A DNA stretch of 64,000 bases from Laetmonice hystrix. Its lineage: Eukaryota. The notes beneath the pieces were generated by a model. The model ran no database searches and had not been told where the DNA came from. It was given only the letters and a program-made list of their open reading frames with translations. Both the position numbers and the translations under genes were made by a program. The number at the start of each line of letters is the position of its first letter. Position 1 is the stretch's first letter. The DNA lies in assembly GCA_965235115.1 (NCBI GenBank), contig OZ249445.1, positions 7,936,001 through 8,000,000 of the forward strand. Direction: 5' to 3'. This document shows, one piece after another, positions 41,001 to 54,500 of this stretch.

Positions 41001-44000
41001 ACGTATAATGTCGTTGTGGCATAAGATCCCAGGTAATAATCTTTAAATGGACAGAATGTGTAGAGGATGTAGGTGTATAAACTTGGAAGCGGTGGCTGGT
41101 CTAGCCGTTCTGCGACAATCCAACCAGTGTGGTGTGTTCAGTAGCGCCAAGCGGCCACCTCGGCACCAACACTTCGCTCCTATCGCCATAGAACACGGCG
41201 CTAAGATTGTCGCGAGGATTTGTGCATCGCACATTTTCTGAGGTGTCCTTTTTGAGTTAACACCATACAGACACCTCCGATATTAATGATCGCGTCAACA
41301 GCACACATAGATTATGTCCTGATATGCGCATGCATGAATTACACTCTTACTGAAAGCACTGGCACGGCTGAGCAAAAACATTCCATCCATGATCTGTGTT
41401 GCCTTCTTTAATATATAGATATCGCAGAACTCTAACCGGTAAAATAGTCCCCAAACTGCTTGTGTTGAAACGATATAAGGAAAACTTTGTGGTCAGATTC
41501 TTTTCCATGTCCTTTTAAATTCCAAGGAAGTGAATATTTTATACATGTACGTGCACACGACAAATGCTTTATGAAAATCCTTACCTATACACTACCACAT
41601 CAACTCCATATCTGCTATGTGCTATAAAGGCTCAACCATATAGCCCCCTGCATGGTTTGTCAGCCACCCTACCAGTTCCGAGCTGCCTTGACGCAATAGT
41701 GCCTACCAGTTCACCCTACTCCTGAAATGCCCTGAACAGACTGAGGTCATCGATTTGAGTCGCCCGCCCACACCGTTGGATATCTTCCAGCGCCTAGAAT
41801 CTAGATGAGCTCAGACGATGAAGCGTAATACCTATATCCACGCATGTTCTGGTGTTGACGCTAACGCAGACCGTCGTGAAAGATTGGGAGTATAGTTTTG
41901 ACAGGCAATACGTATTCTTCTTCTCTAGTTTTCCGTCTGGATAGGCCCTGAAGTTCGCGTTGCGTGTGCATGGCAGGCACGAGGCGACACGTTGGGCGAG
42001 TGTATGTTCACATAACACGAAGGTTTCTCCCCCGGAGAAAATCAACTATAAGCGCAAATCGACGCTTCATTAACTTCCATAGGGTAGTCTGTCCTCCAAG
42101 CGCAGACCAGCTACCGCTACCAGAAAGCTTACACCCCTTGTCAGAGCCCCAATTTTTTTCATAGGTCACCGCCACATCGTCGACCGTCGCCCCCTGCGAA
42201 AAGTCCTGCACACGCGCCTGATATACGGCATGCTTAGTATACGTCCGATTAAGAAGCCTATAGGTCATTAGCAATAAGAACATACGAACCCCGGAAATAT
42301 ATTCTCACTGTAGTGAGACTTAAACAGAAAATTGTGACGAATAATGAGGTAATATTGTCTATAGACGAGAGCCCACGCGGTTATACACTCCACTGCTATC
42401 ACGCCTATAGAATCACGCATGCCTAATACAAATATAGATCTCTCTTGTCGATCCCCTTCTGACCCACTGTGCCATCAGAATTCCAACAAAAGGTATCTAT
42501 TAATAAATCGCATGTCGGGGGAAGTACCCAAGACCTGCAGTTGCTTTTAATAGAATCTTGGATTTTCTGCCCGCTTATCATCAAGCGAAGATAATGTGTA
42601 TCATTTTTGGCAGGGACCGTATGGGGCCTGATTATCTCAACTGCAGGCAATGATTGGCCATAAGAACGATGGCGAGACCATGTTCCCTTGGGTACAAATC
42701 GATAGGCACAGATTGCAAAGGGCCTCAATGCAAAGAGCTTTGCACAATGCGCCTGAAGTCGTTCGGGAAAGACTTTCTCCGGTGACGGAAGGCTTTGGCC
42801 CTGACAGTTCCACCACAGGCCATCTCATTCGGTGTGTTGGGCTTGCTTGGCTGCCCGCGGCCCACTCGCCGGCGGCGCACCGCATCAGTGCATATCTCTC
42901 CGCCCCCAATGATCACAATTTCATATGGGGAGATGACCGCATCAGTTTTGGATCACATGACGCCTAGAAGAGGACGCTTGAAGAGGTGGCCCTAGTATCC
43001 TCCGGCCCATCTGATTGACGGCCGCCTTTCACACGCATCAACTCAAACGGTTAACGGTTGTAATCTATGGTGAACATAAATTTACAAGAGACTTCTTATA
43101 TCATCCCAAGGATTAGGCTACTAATCCGAAAAGAATTACTGTGCCTTCGTCGGTGTCATAACGGTAGACCATACGCGTTTCTTCGCGGCGTCGATGGAGA
43201 TGTAAGAAATCTAAAGGCTTATTCAAGTGTCAAATCCTTCTCCTGGCAGTCATTGACGGTTATTGATTGTCCTAATGTTGAAAAATTAAGATTTAAGGGC
43301 AAGCCCTAGCATGCAGATGAATAAAAATATGAACGCCTTGTTGGGCAGGAAACACCGGGAGAGCGCCAACGTGCGCTTCCAGTTAGAGAGATCAATACTC
43401 GCAAAGCTTCAGCACATCACGTAAGGACTTCAAAATGATACAACAGGATTGTACTGAATTCCCAGATCTTTCGGTGGGTATCTCGGGTTAATGAACTGAC
43501 CTAATTAGTGTACTCCACAAAGGCATAATATCAGTGACCCACCCAGCAATATAAATGAACACATGAACATATTATGATGGCTTCGGTATAATTCAATAAT
43601 TTCTAAAAAAACAAGGACTATCGACAAGCCGTCTGAGACCTATAGACAGGGTTATTTTACTAAGTTGCGAAACTAGGGGCCCCAATGTAACCCCATAAGC
43701 AATATGTCTATATATTTGTAAACTAGACAGGGTGGGCACTGTGCCCCTCCGGGAAGGCACACCTCTGTCTATATATCCACTCCCACACATCCATAATGAT
43801 TGACCATGTATACACACCCACTTACGTACACACACACCCACACCTACTTATACACGTATACATGCATAATAAGTCATAATTATGTACAGCACATCTGTAT
43901 ACCTGTAATACGCATTTTTCTATTCAACAAGTATCGCGAAATTGTCCTTTCCGGAATAATACAGAGAAAAAGTAACTGTTAGAAAGTGGGATTTGGCGCG

Positions 44001-45459
44001 GCCGGGTGGCTGGCGGTGTCAGCCAACGTCACTCTGACGTCGTCGCTATAACGAGCGACGAGCCGGTGCTGTCAGTAAGGGTGACGGATGACAGTCGGCA
44101 TGTTGACAGGCTGTCAGACGGCCAGCTTTGTCACCATGTCATCCGTATAGCGAGTTGGAAGACGCCATCTGAATGACCATCTCGTATGGCTCTGCACGAC
44201 ATCGTGCTTTAACCAGAGTGCTCCAGCATTCGGCAGACATAGAGCCCATTAGAGAATATTTGAGCAGCAAACACTAGGACGCTGGTGCTGGCGATCTAAA
44301 GCTAAAACAACACAGGACGAGAAACAGATCTAGTTCCCTAATTTCATTCCAGCACGACCGCGCGTGAAAGGTCTAACTCCAGACCTGAATCCCGGTACAG
44401 CAAGATGGTATCCCAGGCATCAACACATTTCAAGCAATTTGTTATTGACACAATTACTGATATTAATCTTATTTGTCGGAAATGTTATTTGACTGATAAT
44501 AAACAAAAGATTTCAAAAGCTGAACATGTACAATTATATGTATATGTAACCCCATGTTAATAACATCTTTAAGCTAACTGATGACGACATTGAGTCATAT
44601 CGACGATGTCAGAGGATATGAAACACAATAGAGGTGAATTAAAAGTGTATGTAACCATGTTAAACGATGGGGGAAACCAACATCCGTAGTATTCGTGTAA
44701 GAAACATCCTCTCGACCGAGGTTTGTAATGGAATTCGGAACAACATTGCGACACAAAACATCTAATCTTCTTAAAATATTAAATCCGATAATTAAATTTC
44801 ACACTGAGTCCAATAAACAAGCAAGAGATTATGTGTCAGGTGTTTCAGTGATCACGTGTCTGTCTGACAATGTGATACGTCTACAACATGATTATAGGAC
44901 AGACGTAAGGTCTGCCAATATGTCTGAATGCAAGACACGCACATTAAACATAATGAATCGCATATATTTTTAATGGGTTATTACATTAGAACAAAATCTT
45001 CAGACGTGCTATATGGCTCTGGCAGGTCCGGCTGCGTCCACCTGCCTATATAAAGCACTGACTGCATGTTTCACAGGAACATGTCACACTAATGAGCTCT
45101 ATTGACGCCGTAAAAAACGAATTATCCATACAGGAATACCACTTTTTTCCTTTGTCTCGCCTTGGCGGGAGTTCATAAATGTAATTTAAAAACCTGGTGT
45201 CTTATACGTCAGTACATCTTGGCCCTGATTGCAATCCTCGTGTGGCGCCGCTAGTCTCAGTCAGACTAGCTCCCAGACACAGGTATAACACGTCAACAGG
45301 AGAAAGAAACAGTTTCCTTACTGGAAACAAAAATTAACGCTAATCAGTCTCTCAAATAGCTGAAAAAGCTGTTACGTAAACATATTAAAATATATACCGA
45401 GTACCGTACCGTTCCTTGAGATATATAAAAAATAGTCGCCGACGTTCAGGCACGGTATT

Positions 45460-48400
45460 TCACATACTGAGCGTGCCAGCTCCGATGCCGTATCCCACTC
45501 CCTTTGGTCCGAATAATTTCCCATAGCATCCTGAAACATAACAACCAATCAACGATTAGCCAATGAGAAGATAAGGAGAAACCCCTGGCCAAAACTACAT
45601 AAGCCTAACCTGTTCCACACAGGTGTTTTCCTCCCAACTGTATTCCCAATCCAATTTTTCTGTTACAGTTTTGAATGGAAATTACAGAGTCAATTAGACC
45701 AGAAACAAGGTATATCAAATATTGAATAATGTTAGGATTTTACCTTTGCAGTAAAGTTCACCATCCTTGTCGCTTAATGTCGTTGAATCTAAACTCTTTT
45801 TACAGTTGGCGCAGTTGAAACACGACCGATGCCAATTCTGCTCGGGTGTATAGAAAGGTTCTCGGTGAGGAGATGATGGATTTTTTCACATTACTGTTAA
45901 TATTATTGTTAATACAAAATACTCATTTCCTTTTCATGCCATAAATAGACACTTTATGTTAACAATAAGAGGAGGCAACTGTGGAACTGCTGGACTGAGT
46001 GAATGGCTGCAAAAAAACATCGCAATGCGGACTGTAAAAAAACATAGTACAAAGAAACTTCATTAGGATATCAGAGTGAAAAAAAGGCCGACAATAGTAT
46101 CCCACAGAGGAGATCTTCAGTGAGGCAAAGCGTCCCAACGAACCAGAGTAATTGGCCGAACGTTCTAGCTCACCTTCCGAGTCAGTCCGGGTCATCAAAA
46201 CAAAAGAATCTATCCTATTGGTATGCTCGTCTCACAGTGCAACATAAAAGAATCGTCCTAACATATGATCACATTAGATAAGTATTTGCCAGTGGTCATC
46301 AAAAGAGTTTCGGTCTTTTGGAGGACGCTGACTGGAAAGGTCTGTGAGGCGGCTCGCTCCCGGCGGCCACTGATTAGTTGCTCACTGGTAAACGGTCGAC
46401 TGATCCTTCCACAAACGNNNNNNNNNNNNNNNNNNNNNNNNNNNNNNNNNNNNNNNNNNNNNNNNNNNNNNNNNNNNNNNNNNNNNNNNNNNNNNNNNNN
46501 NNNNNNNNNNNNNNNNNNNNNNNNNNNNNNNNNNNNNNNNNNNNNNNNNNNNNNNNNNNNNNNNNNNNNNNNNNNNNNNNNNNNNNNNNNNNNNNNNNNN
46601 NNNNNNNNNNNNNNNNNNNNNNNNNNNNNNNNNNNNNNNNNNNNNNNNNNNNNNNNNNNNNNNNNNNNNNNNNNNNNNNNNNNNNNNNNNNNNNNNNNNN
46701 NNNNNNNNNNNNNNNNAGTTAGGGTTCTGGAAGACGGAAACGGCAGCATGAGGAGCGACGGGTGAAGGGGACATTATAATAAGAAACGTGAGGGGCGAGC
46801 AGAGATTAGGAATGACAAGGGTGGCGCAGGCAGCAGCAGCAACTGGAGCACACCAGATAATCTTGTGTCGCTCAGAGTGGAAGACAGAAAAAAATTACGA
46901 CCTGTAGCTGGTAGAATATCTGAAGTCGGTATCATGAACCTCAATGTATGGGGACACAGTTTATCTTCAAACTCATACAAATCCTATACATGTCATTTGT
47001 GAGGGTATGGGACATCGCCAGTCCAGAAGATATAGTATGGTGAGAATTGATTAAGCAACAGCCGAGCAATAATTGATGCGAAAGTAGCCGAAATAATGAT
47101 GCCCGGAATTCGGTCAGGGAAATTGAAAAACGCGAGCGCTTTGCTAAGTGGGCATTGATTCCCAGAGAGGGGGTCACTTTTTCAAGGGTATTAAAGCAGA
47201 GAGGTTGTCGGGTCCAAGGAAGTTTTGCTTTAAATCCCAAAGACAAAGTTTAAATTCCAACAAGGAAGGTGGAATAATTTAACAACAGATAGGGACACCG
47301 TCTACGATTTGTCATAGTAATGAGACATTATGACACAGTTCAGGAAATGGCAATCACATGATTATCCATCCACGCTATTAACGTATGAAATAATACAGCT
47401 AATCATAATTATTCTTCTAAATTAACATTTCTTTCAAAGCAACAGTTGTGTATTAGTTCCAGTTATACTGATACCAACTTAAAAGATTTGTAACTGGGAT
47501 ATATAAATTTGTTAGTTCAGGGTCATTCTTGTTAAGCAGGCTTTCTTTTCGAAGTCCTGAGTCCCTTGCCTGAGCCCAATATGTCCTGTGGCTCTGACAT
47601 TATTGTTCCGTTCACTATCTTACCCCAGCAGCCCATCCATTCATCCAAGCCACTGTCTACCCAATCACATGTCCTATTACCTTGCCTGCTCCGACCTTTT
47701 TCTCCGCCTCATAAACACGTTTCCCACAACGAGGACAGCCACCTTCGACCTGTCCACCACCAGGGGTCGCCACAGCAGGCCGCGTTCTGTAATCAGGAGC
47801 GCGGAGGTTCCCTTTAGGTGAATTTACGTGAAGAGGTAGACAGCTAATAACGAGTAAAGACTGTTGGCACCCGAATATTTAAATGAGGTTTACAATAGGG
47901 GCCCAACTTAAAAAAAATCTGGTGTGGGTTAAAGTTAGAAGCAGTATGCTTTGGGCCTATAATCAAGAATTGATAGGCCTATGTCATGTGAATTATTTAT
48001 ACAAACCTCCCTGATTAACTAATTATTTAATATGCAAATCCACTATGTGCTGGGGTTCCTCTAATGAACAGATTATTCCCTCTTCGTTGGAAGTGTGACA
48101 TTGATTTCAATAAGATTGCTTACGATGACCCTGAGCGAGAGTCCATGCTGAGCACGCCGGCACCTTGTCCATAACCGTATCCTTTAGGGCCAAAATTCTT
48201 GCCGTGACACGACTTGCAGAACAGAGCCCCTTCGTGTTCAGTCACATTCGTGCTTTCAAGCATCTTCTTGCAGGATGCTAGCAAAAACAACCATCTGTTT
48301 TCTCACTAATTTAAAACTTTGATTCGGAGAAACTGCTTACACAGGAAAATGAGGAAATGTTGCAATCAACCTACAATATTCACGTTGCGGAAAATGCCAG

Positions 48401-48751
48401 AGGAGGGTTGACAGATGTAGATTCCAAGAAAAGGAGGCGGTCTTGCAAAGGCCCTTGGGTGTTCTTTTCCTGGTCTGCTCTATTATTAAGGGACTACACG
48501 GAAACACCAGAGGGCGTAGGCGTCAATTATAGTCTAACATCTACAGGCCGTGAAACTGATATCTAGGCCTACATTGGTAGCAGATTATAAACTACAACGA
48601 AATATCCATCTTTACAAAATATTACCAAACACTTACAGCATTTGAAGCACATGATGTGCCATTTCTTGCCAGCTGCAACTCGGGATTCGTTGTGGTACAC
48701 CGACTTGCCGCATAGCGGACATTTCTCAGCTGGCTGGGGTACGAACGGCAT
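45460..48751 (-). CDS. CSRP/MLP: Cysteine- and glycine-rich protein / muscle LIM protein (two LIM domains, each followed by a Gly-rich motif), 5 coding exons, 179 aa
   Basis: Exons 48751-48637, 48277-48124, 47786-47681, 45837-45744 and 45530-45460 (115+154+106+94+71=540 nt) all have GT-AG boundaries and compatible phases. They give [84 protein letters not shown]...[74 protein letters not shown]. The LIM zinc ligands and the GPKG(Y/F)GxGxGAG motif are diagnostic of CSRP/MLP. Confidence 0.96.
46418..46716. other. Assembly gap (299 N) inside CSRP/MLP coding intron 3
   Basis: Run of n. The flanking exons join in frame without it. Confidence 1.
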
Positions 48752-49717
48752 CGCGCTTTCTCAGTTATCCGCTAGGTAGCGCTCTACTTCACCTGGCGGA
48801 AAAGAGAAATACTACGTGGTAAAGTAAAGCACGAAAGGAAAGAGGATAACAATATGACCACAACATGATCAATTGCGAGCTTGGACGAGGTCAACACCCA
48901 GGTCTATCTTTTATAGATGGAGTAGAAGAACCTATGTCTAGGCCCTACAGGTCGAATACCAAATGTTACGTTTTGTCGTTTGGATCCAGAGTTATCCGTA
49001 GGCCTATGCCTCCACCACTCCCCAGACAACCGTCAAATACATGGTTAAACACGAGGTGATGGACAGTAAATAGGCAGGCACGGATACAAGGTGGGGGCAC
49101 AGAGGTTACAATGTGACCCGTTTAGGGCGACGTCAGAACGTCTTCCCCCCTCCCCCTTTAAAATAAATCCTGGATCCGTGCCTGATAGGTCTCCACATCG
49201 CTATAGGGGATACTACACGTTTTGTGGCAAACCCGGGTCACGCCATTCAGTCAGGCCATCGCCCCGCATAAATCGCCGACGCTAACCCCACATGCACTCA
49301 CTCCTTTTTTTGGGGGGGGGGGGGGGTGACACCGACATAGACGTCTACTGTAGATTAGACACGTGCACCACCAGTAAAACACGGTCTCATTGTTGCCTCG
49401 TCTGGTAACGTCTATGATCCCAAACCTCTCTTTTTCAAGTTTCAACTTTAGGCGGACTACCACAATAACCGTGCCACATGGACGGCAATAATGTCAAGGC
49501 GGGTAACTTGGATTAGAATATGGTTGTATCCTACACAGTTCTAATGCTTCGTTCGTTATGCTCTATTTGAGGTCGGATTCCGCCGCCGTGAAGGGCTGTA
49601 TTACTCTTCCGGCCAAGGAGAAAGAACTTGTTTATGTGTTGGTTCATCGAGGTGAATCAGCCAACAATGTCTGTGTGTCGATTTGGACGCGGTAAACTGC
49701 GGATTCCGGCGCGTTGA

Positions 49718-49727
49718 CCATATATGG
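49718..49727. promoter_or_regulatory. Perfect CArG box (CCATATATGG), candidate SRF site ~1 kb upstream of the CSRP/MLP ATG
   Basis: Exact CC(A/T)6GG match. CSRP genes are established SRF targets in vertebrates; function here is inferred. Confidence 0.5.
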
Positions 49728-51500
49728 ACATAGATATACGCCGAGATGTTGGCTGCGTGCACCAATCAGTAACGTCAACACATTAAAATGCCATACTATA
49801 TTTTTTCTTCGTCTTCTTCCTTTCCTTCTTTGTGCCTCGTTTGTGTACTTCAAAGGAAATAATAGAAGTAACAACACATCCGTTAACTATCAGCTACCTA
49901 TAGGGCGATCAATATTCTGGGAATTAGTGAACGCCTACCTCTTATAATCGCGAGAGATATAAGGTTTGAATATAGCCTACATAATAGGTCTTCGTGGTAT
50001 TATGCCAGAACTTAGGAGGCTACACATCTGACTGGAAATATAGGCCGACCAATAGGCCCTGTATGACATGGCCTATAAATATGGCCCATCGCTATATTTA
50101 ATACATGTAGCCTACTTCTAATTTTTGATCTTAAAGTGTAGTGGATGAAACACTATATATTAGGCCTACATTAGGCCTATATCTAAGGCCCGTTCTAAGC
50201 AACAGACCCATCTGTAGATCATAATTTAACACTGCTCCACCTAGAGTGATAATATAAACACTTACCCTTAAAGTTTGATCTTTCAGCTCTAGGCCTAGGC
50301 TCCTATACTAGTAGTAGGTACTATGATTACTACGCCTATTGGGTGAACAGGTGAACGTGGCTGTCTGCGGTCGAGGTAAATCTGTCGCTTCACTCGCAAA
50401 CTTTATAAGCAGGCCTGATGTCGGCACACGACACTCGAACTCCAGGGCAGTTCCGTGTCAGTGGGAATGACTGACACGGCCTCATTCGCTTTTACACCTG
50501 TTTCTTCCAGCCATGCAGTTCCAAACAAGTATGTTGTTTTTTATTGGGATTACACCAATATTAACACACACAGAAATGTATAGACCTACTAGACTGATAC
50601 CGTTAATTATGTTGAAATATGTTTCTCATTCTCTACACTCTGTGTGTTGGAAACATTTTCACCCCCGCGAACGGCAGACATAACACTGGCAAAACAGACT
50701 GTGGAAGGTAGTCGAACGGGATCCTTGCCCGCGGCTGTCGACCCAGATCCATTGGCACAATGCATGACTCAGTAACGAAATATTATCACAGTGCTCATAG
50801 GCCTACTGTAGGCGTAATTGAAATCAATTATTCGGGTGTCAATAAATTGTAGGGGCGACTCCGGGTCACATACACAAACATGTGAGTAGACCACAGTTTG
50901 AGCATAGGCCTAGGCCTAAAATAAAATAAAATGAACGATCTGGTCCAACAGTACGTTACACAGTGCGCTGGACAGACACCAGCCTCTCCAGACAGGGATC
51001 CAAAGAAATGTTCCGATCCGCGAGATGCAATTACATGCAGTGGTCGTATTACGATCGTAATTATCCCTACAATACTACAAAGGTCCGTCGTAATTATTAC
51101 TCTGATTCCCGAATGTTTCTTGCATATTGTTTATTTTCCCATTTCACTCCAGTCCCATAAAGTTTACATAGTTCAACTTATATACTACTTTCACAACACA
51201 CCATTAATACGCCTATAGTGTTGTGTGTCCAAGGTCAAGAGTATATCTTTGGGCCCTGGCCCCGGCGCCGGCCGCGAAATTTTTTTTCCCACATTAGTTC
51301 TGGATAGCCATTAGCATACAGCCAATCAGAAACAAGCACACACATGGCTATGGAATACCGGCGACGACATACCATTTGTCCCGCCCACTTCTCGGCCGAT
51401 GTATGCCTCCTCCATGGGAAGCATAGACATGCGATCTGAGCGATTGGGTGAAATATAAAACCCCATCAGAGACTCAGACTGACCAAAAGACAGGTCATAA

Positions 51501-54500
51501 TTATGACACATTTAATTCGCCATGCACCCCTGGCACTGGACTGTACATGGTCGATTCGGCATCCGCAACCTTTGCCCATTTCGCTTCTCTCGCGTCACCA
51601 AAGATGATGTAGAAAATCCACCCAAACATGAAAATTCCGGCTCCGACGAACAATGCTAGCCGCCATTCTTCAGGTGTGCCCTATTGACAGGAATGCAGAA
51701 TAAATTCTTCAAAAGTTAAAATTCTTCACAAACTAGCAAGAAAAAGTAGGCCTTAGAGATGGAGGCCATATCAAAGCTTCTGATACGTTAAAAAATAAAG
51801 AAGCAAGTAATTTCTTACGTTTTTAGTCATGGCCGAAGTGATGGGAGGGCCGATGACCCCAGGAATGTTGATAAAGACGTTGTCTATGCTAGATAAAATT
51901 CCCACATACCTTGGAATTTAAAACAGATAGTTTGTTAGTCGACCGTACGTGTATGGGTGCGGACATTTACAGGTATGGTTTCATATAGACCTATTACTTT
52001 TCTTATTTACTTTATCATTTGGGATTTTCTTTCAAATTTTGGGTACTCAAGCTAATTTTTTACATTGGAACCATAAAAGGGCGTCTTACGCAGGTGCTAT
52101 ATCAATAGGATTGACGGCACTTCCACTTCGAAAGCATGCCATCAGACCAACCCACAATGACAGCAGGGCCACCGCTAGTGTGACGTCACGACACGTCAGG
52201 TACGATACACCAATGGCGAACCCGGCAGACGGCACGAACGCTGGAAATGACGTTACCTTTCCTAGTCAAAGAACTATAGATTCTTAGGCCTACTTCTGAA
52301 TTACGGAGGTATTTGTTCTCAACTAAACTGTTTACAGAGTGGACCTGTAGGTGTCCCAGCAGGTCCAGACCCCCTGTTTGAGATACGTCCCCCCCCCCTC
52401 TTTCAAAATTCGTCCCTACGGAGTACGGAGAATAACTAAACTGACTTACCAAATGTTTGCAAAAGCTTTCTAGTCCTTGTCCGTGACAACAATTCATGTG
52501 TCAAAATGGCATCGGCGATGAAAGCCGCGAGTAACGTGATGACAAAATTACAGATGTACGGTAGCGAGTTATAGAATCCATTCTGGTGACAGATTTACAG
52601 GTATTTATGAGAAACCCCCGAAATTAGTATTATTACCAGTGCATGGATGTACAAAGGGGGAAGTATATGTGCTCATGTTTTAAATAGCATAGGCTACAAC
52701 ATCATATGCATTTACACAAAATTATGTATAAAAATACGGGAATTCCTGTATCCTAGTATTGAGCACGTGTGCGTATCGACATGTTCACTTCAAACAAATC
52801 TGTTAACCTGTTTGATGTCAAACTGAAGTACGTCCTTCAGATATTGCGGTAGCGTAGTCAAGGCGACGGTCCAGCCCCAGCCGTAGCACATGTCGGCGAT
52901 ATAGACAGCGAGTAGCGGCACAGAGGATAGTAACGGCCACCATGGTACATGAGCTGTCCCTGTCTGACGAATAGACCAGTTCATGGGTACATCGCCCGTG
53001 CTAACTCAACGCCCACGAAATTTGGTCGAAATTAAAGATCTATAGCCCTGACCGTATCCCTAACCCCTGATCTTAAACCGAACCTCTGCCCAAATATTTT
53101 GTGGGGAAACTAGTTAATGCTATCTCCTCTTTAATATGTTAGGAACACGGGGAAGTGCGCTCCAGTTATGGTTTGGATTATGCAACTGTCAGTATTCCTT
53201 AAAAAGTGTAAGCAAGTGTCTTATCTTCACCCTGTAGGGTTGAATCACAGCTATAGGAGCCTCGTCCGTTCGGGTTCGGATGTCTATAGTAATAAAACGA
53301 CTTTTTATTAGTAACCTTTATAGAGACCCGAACGGACGAGGCTCCTGTGGTTGAATTCTCCTGTCTAGGATTAATTTATCCATAGACTTTGGTAACAGCG
53401 CTTCCAGACAAAGTTCTTCGTCCACATGTGCAATAAGAGTTCCTGATAAAGGTGCTGACAAAGTACTTTGATACTGAAGCCCACGGTCTTCTGTACAATC
53501 GTGTGGCTTTATAATGCGGACACAGTACGTTGTTACATGCATCAACCCCGAGTTGACCGTGTTTCTTGCTTCCAAAGTACTTTGGCAGGATCAGGCAACA
53601 AGCCGTTCGTAAGCCAGTCGCCCATTCGTACTTTAGCAGCAATTACCCTGGCTTGTTGCTGCCAAAGTAAAAATACTGTATTTTGATTGGTACTTTGGCA
53701 ATAGCCTTTTGGTGGTCTTCCGCCCAAAGTACTTTGGCAGCAGCCATTGCCTTAATATAACTATAATAGACACGCACCATTCTAATATTTATGAAGATCT
53801 TCGAACTTTCATCTTACTTGTTTGCGATTCATCCCTATCGAAGACTCGATGAATTCCCTTTCAACTTTTGAAATCCTTGGGTGGCTAGACGGAGATTCAG
53901 AGACCAGTAGCAACCAGATAATGCACCAGACAAAAGATCCTAATCCTGGAGAGTATCAATAGCCATTTTTCCGAAAGTTACTGACTGAATAAAAAAGGTC
54001 AATACGCAATATCAACCCAGATATCGTGTTTATATAATACGTACCAAACAAATAGAAAATGGACGGCCATCCACCAAAAATATCAGATGCGCACAGTATT
54101 CCCGAAAATATCGAACTCAAGACCGTCCCAAATGGAGCTCCTGAAATGGTACCCCTTCATGATAACAATTGAATGTAGGTAAGTAAAGGTAACAAATCAC
54201 ATGTTAAGCCGAGATAACTTTTCAAGCTCCTCTTCGCCATGATACATTCTATAATACTCATCATTGACATGCACTGTTCTTTATACCTGTTTTTTCGGAT
54301 AAAAATTAGGCCGAAGTCGCTAACTTTTATCTCATTTGAGCTTCCTACATATTATTTTTTCACATTTTTCGTCACCCATGTCTTCTTGTAAACTTCTAGA
54401 GAATTACTAAATGATCATCCGACCACCTTCAGATCACAGAGAAGGTTCACACACCTGCCATTTGAATGCCTGCCAGAATACTTCTCTCGTTTGGTGGCGC

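Noticed and set aside
3000-44500. Most remaining 60-145-aa ORFs in the track
   Set aside because: They show no recognisable domains or consistent splice chain, and their lengths are consistent with random or decayed-repeat ORFs.
48569-48751. 60-aa single-exon LIM peptide (CRIP-like)
   Set aside because: A GTAAGT donor at 48636 and four downstream exons give a complete two-LIM CSRP.
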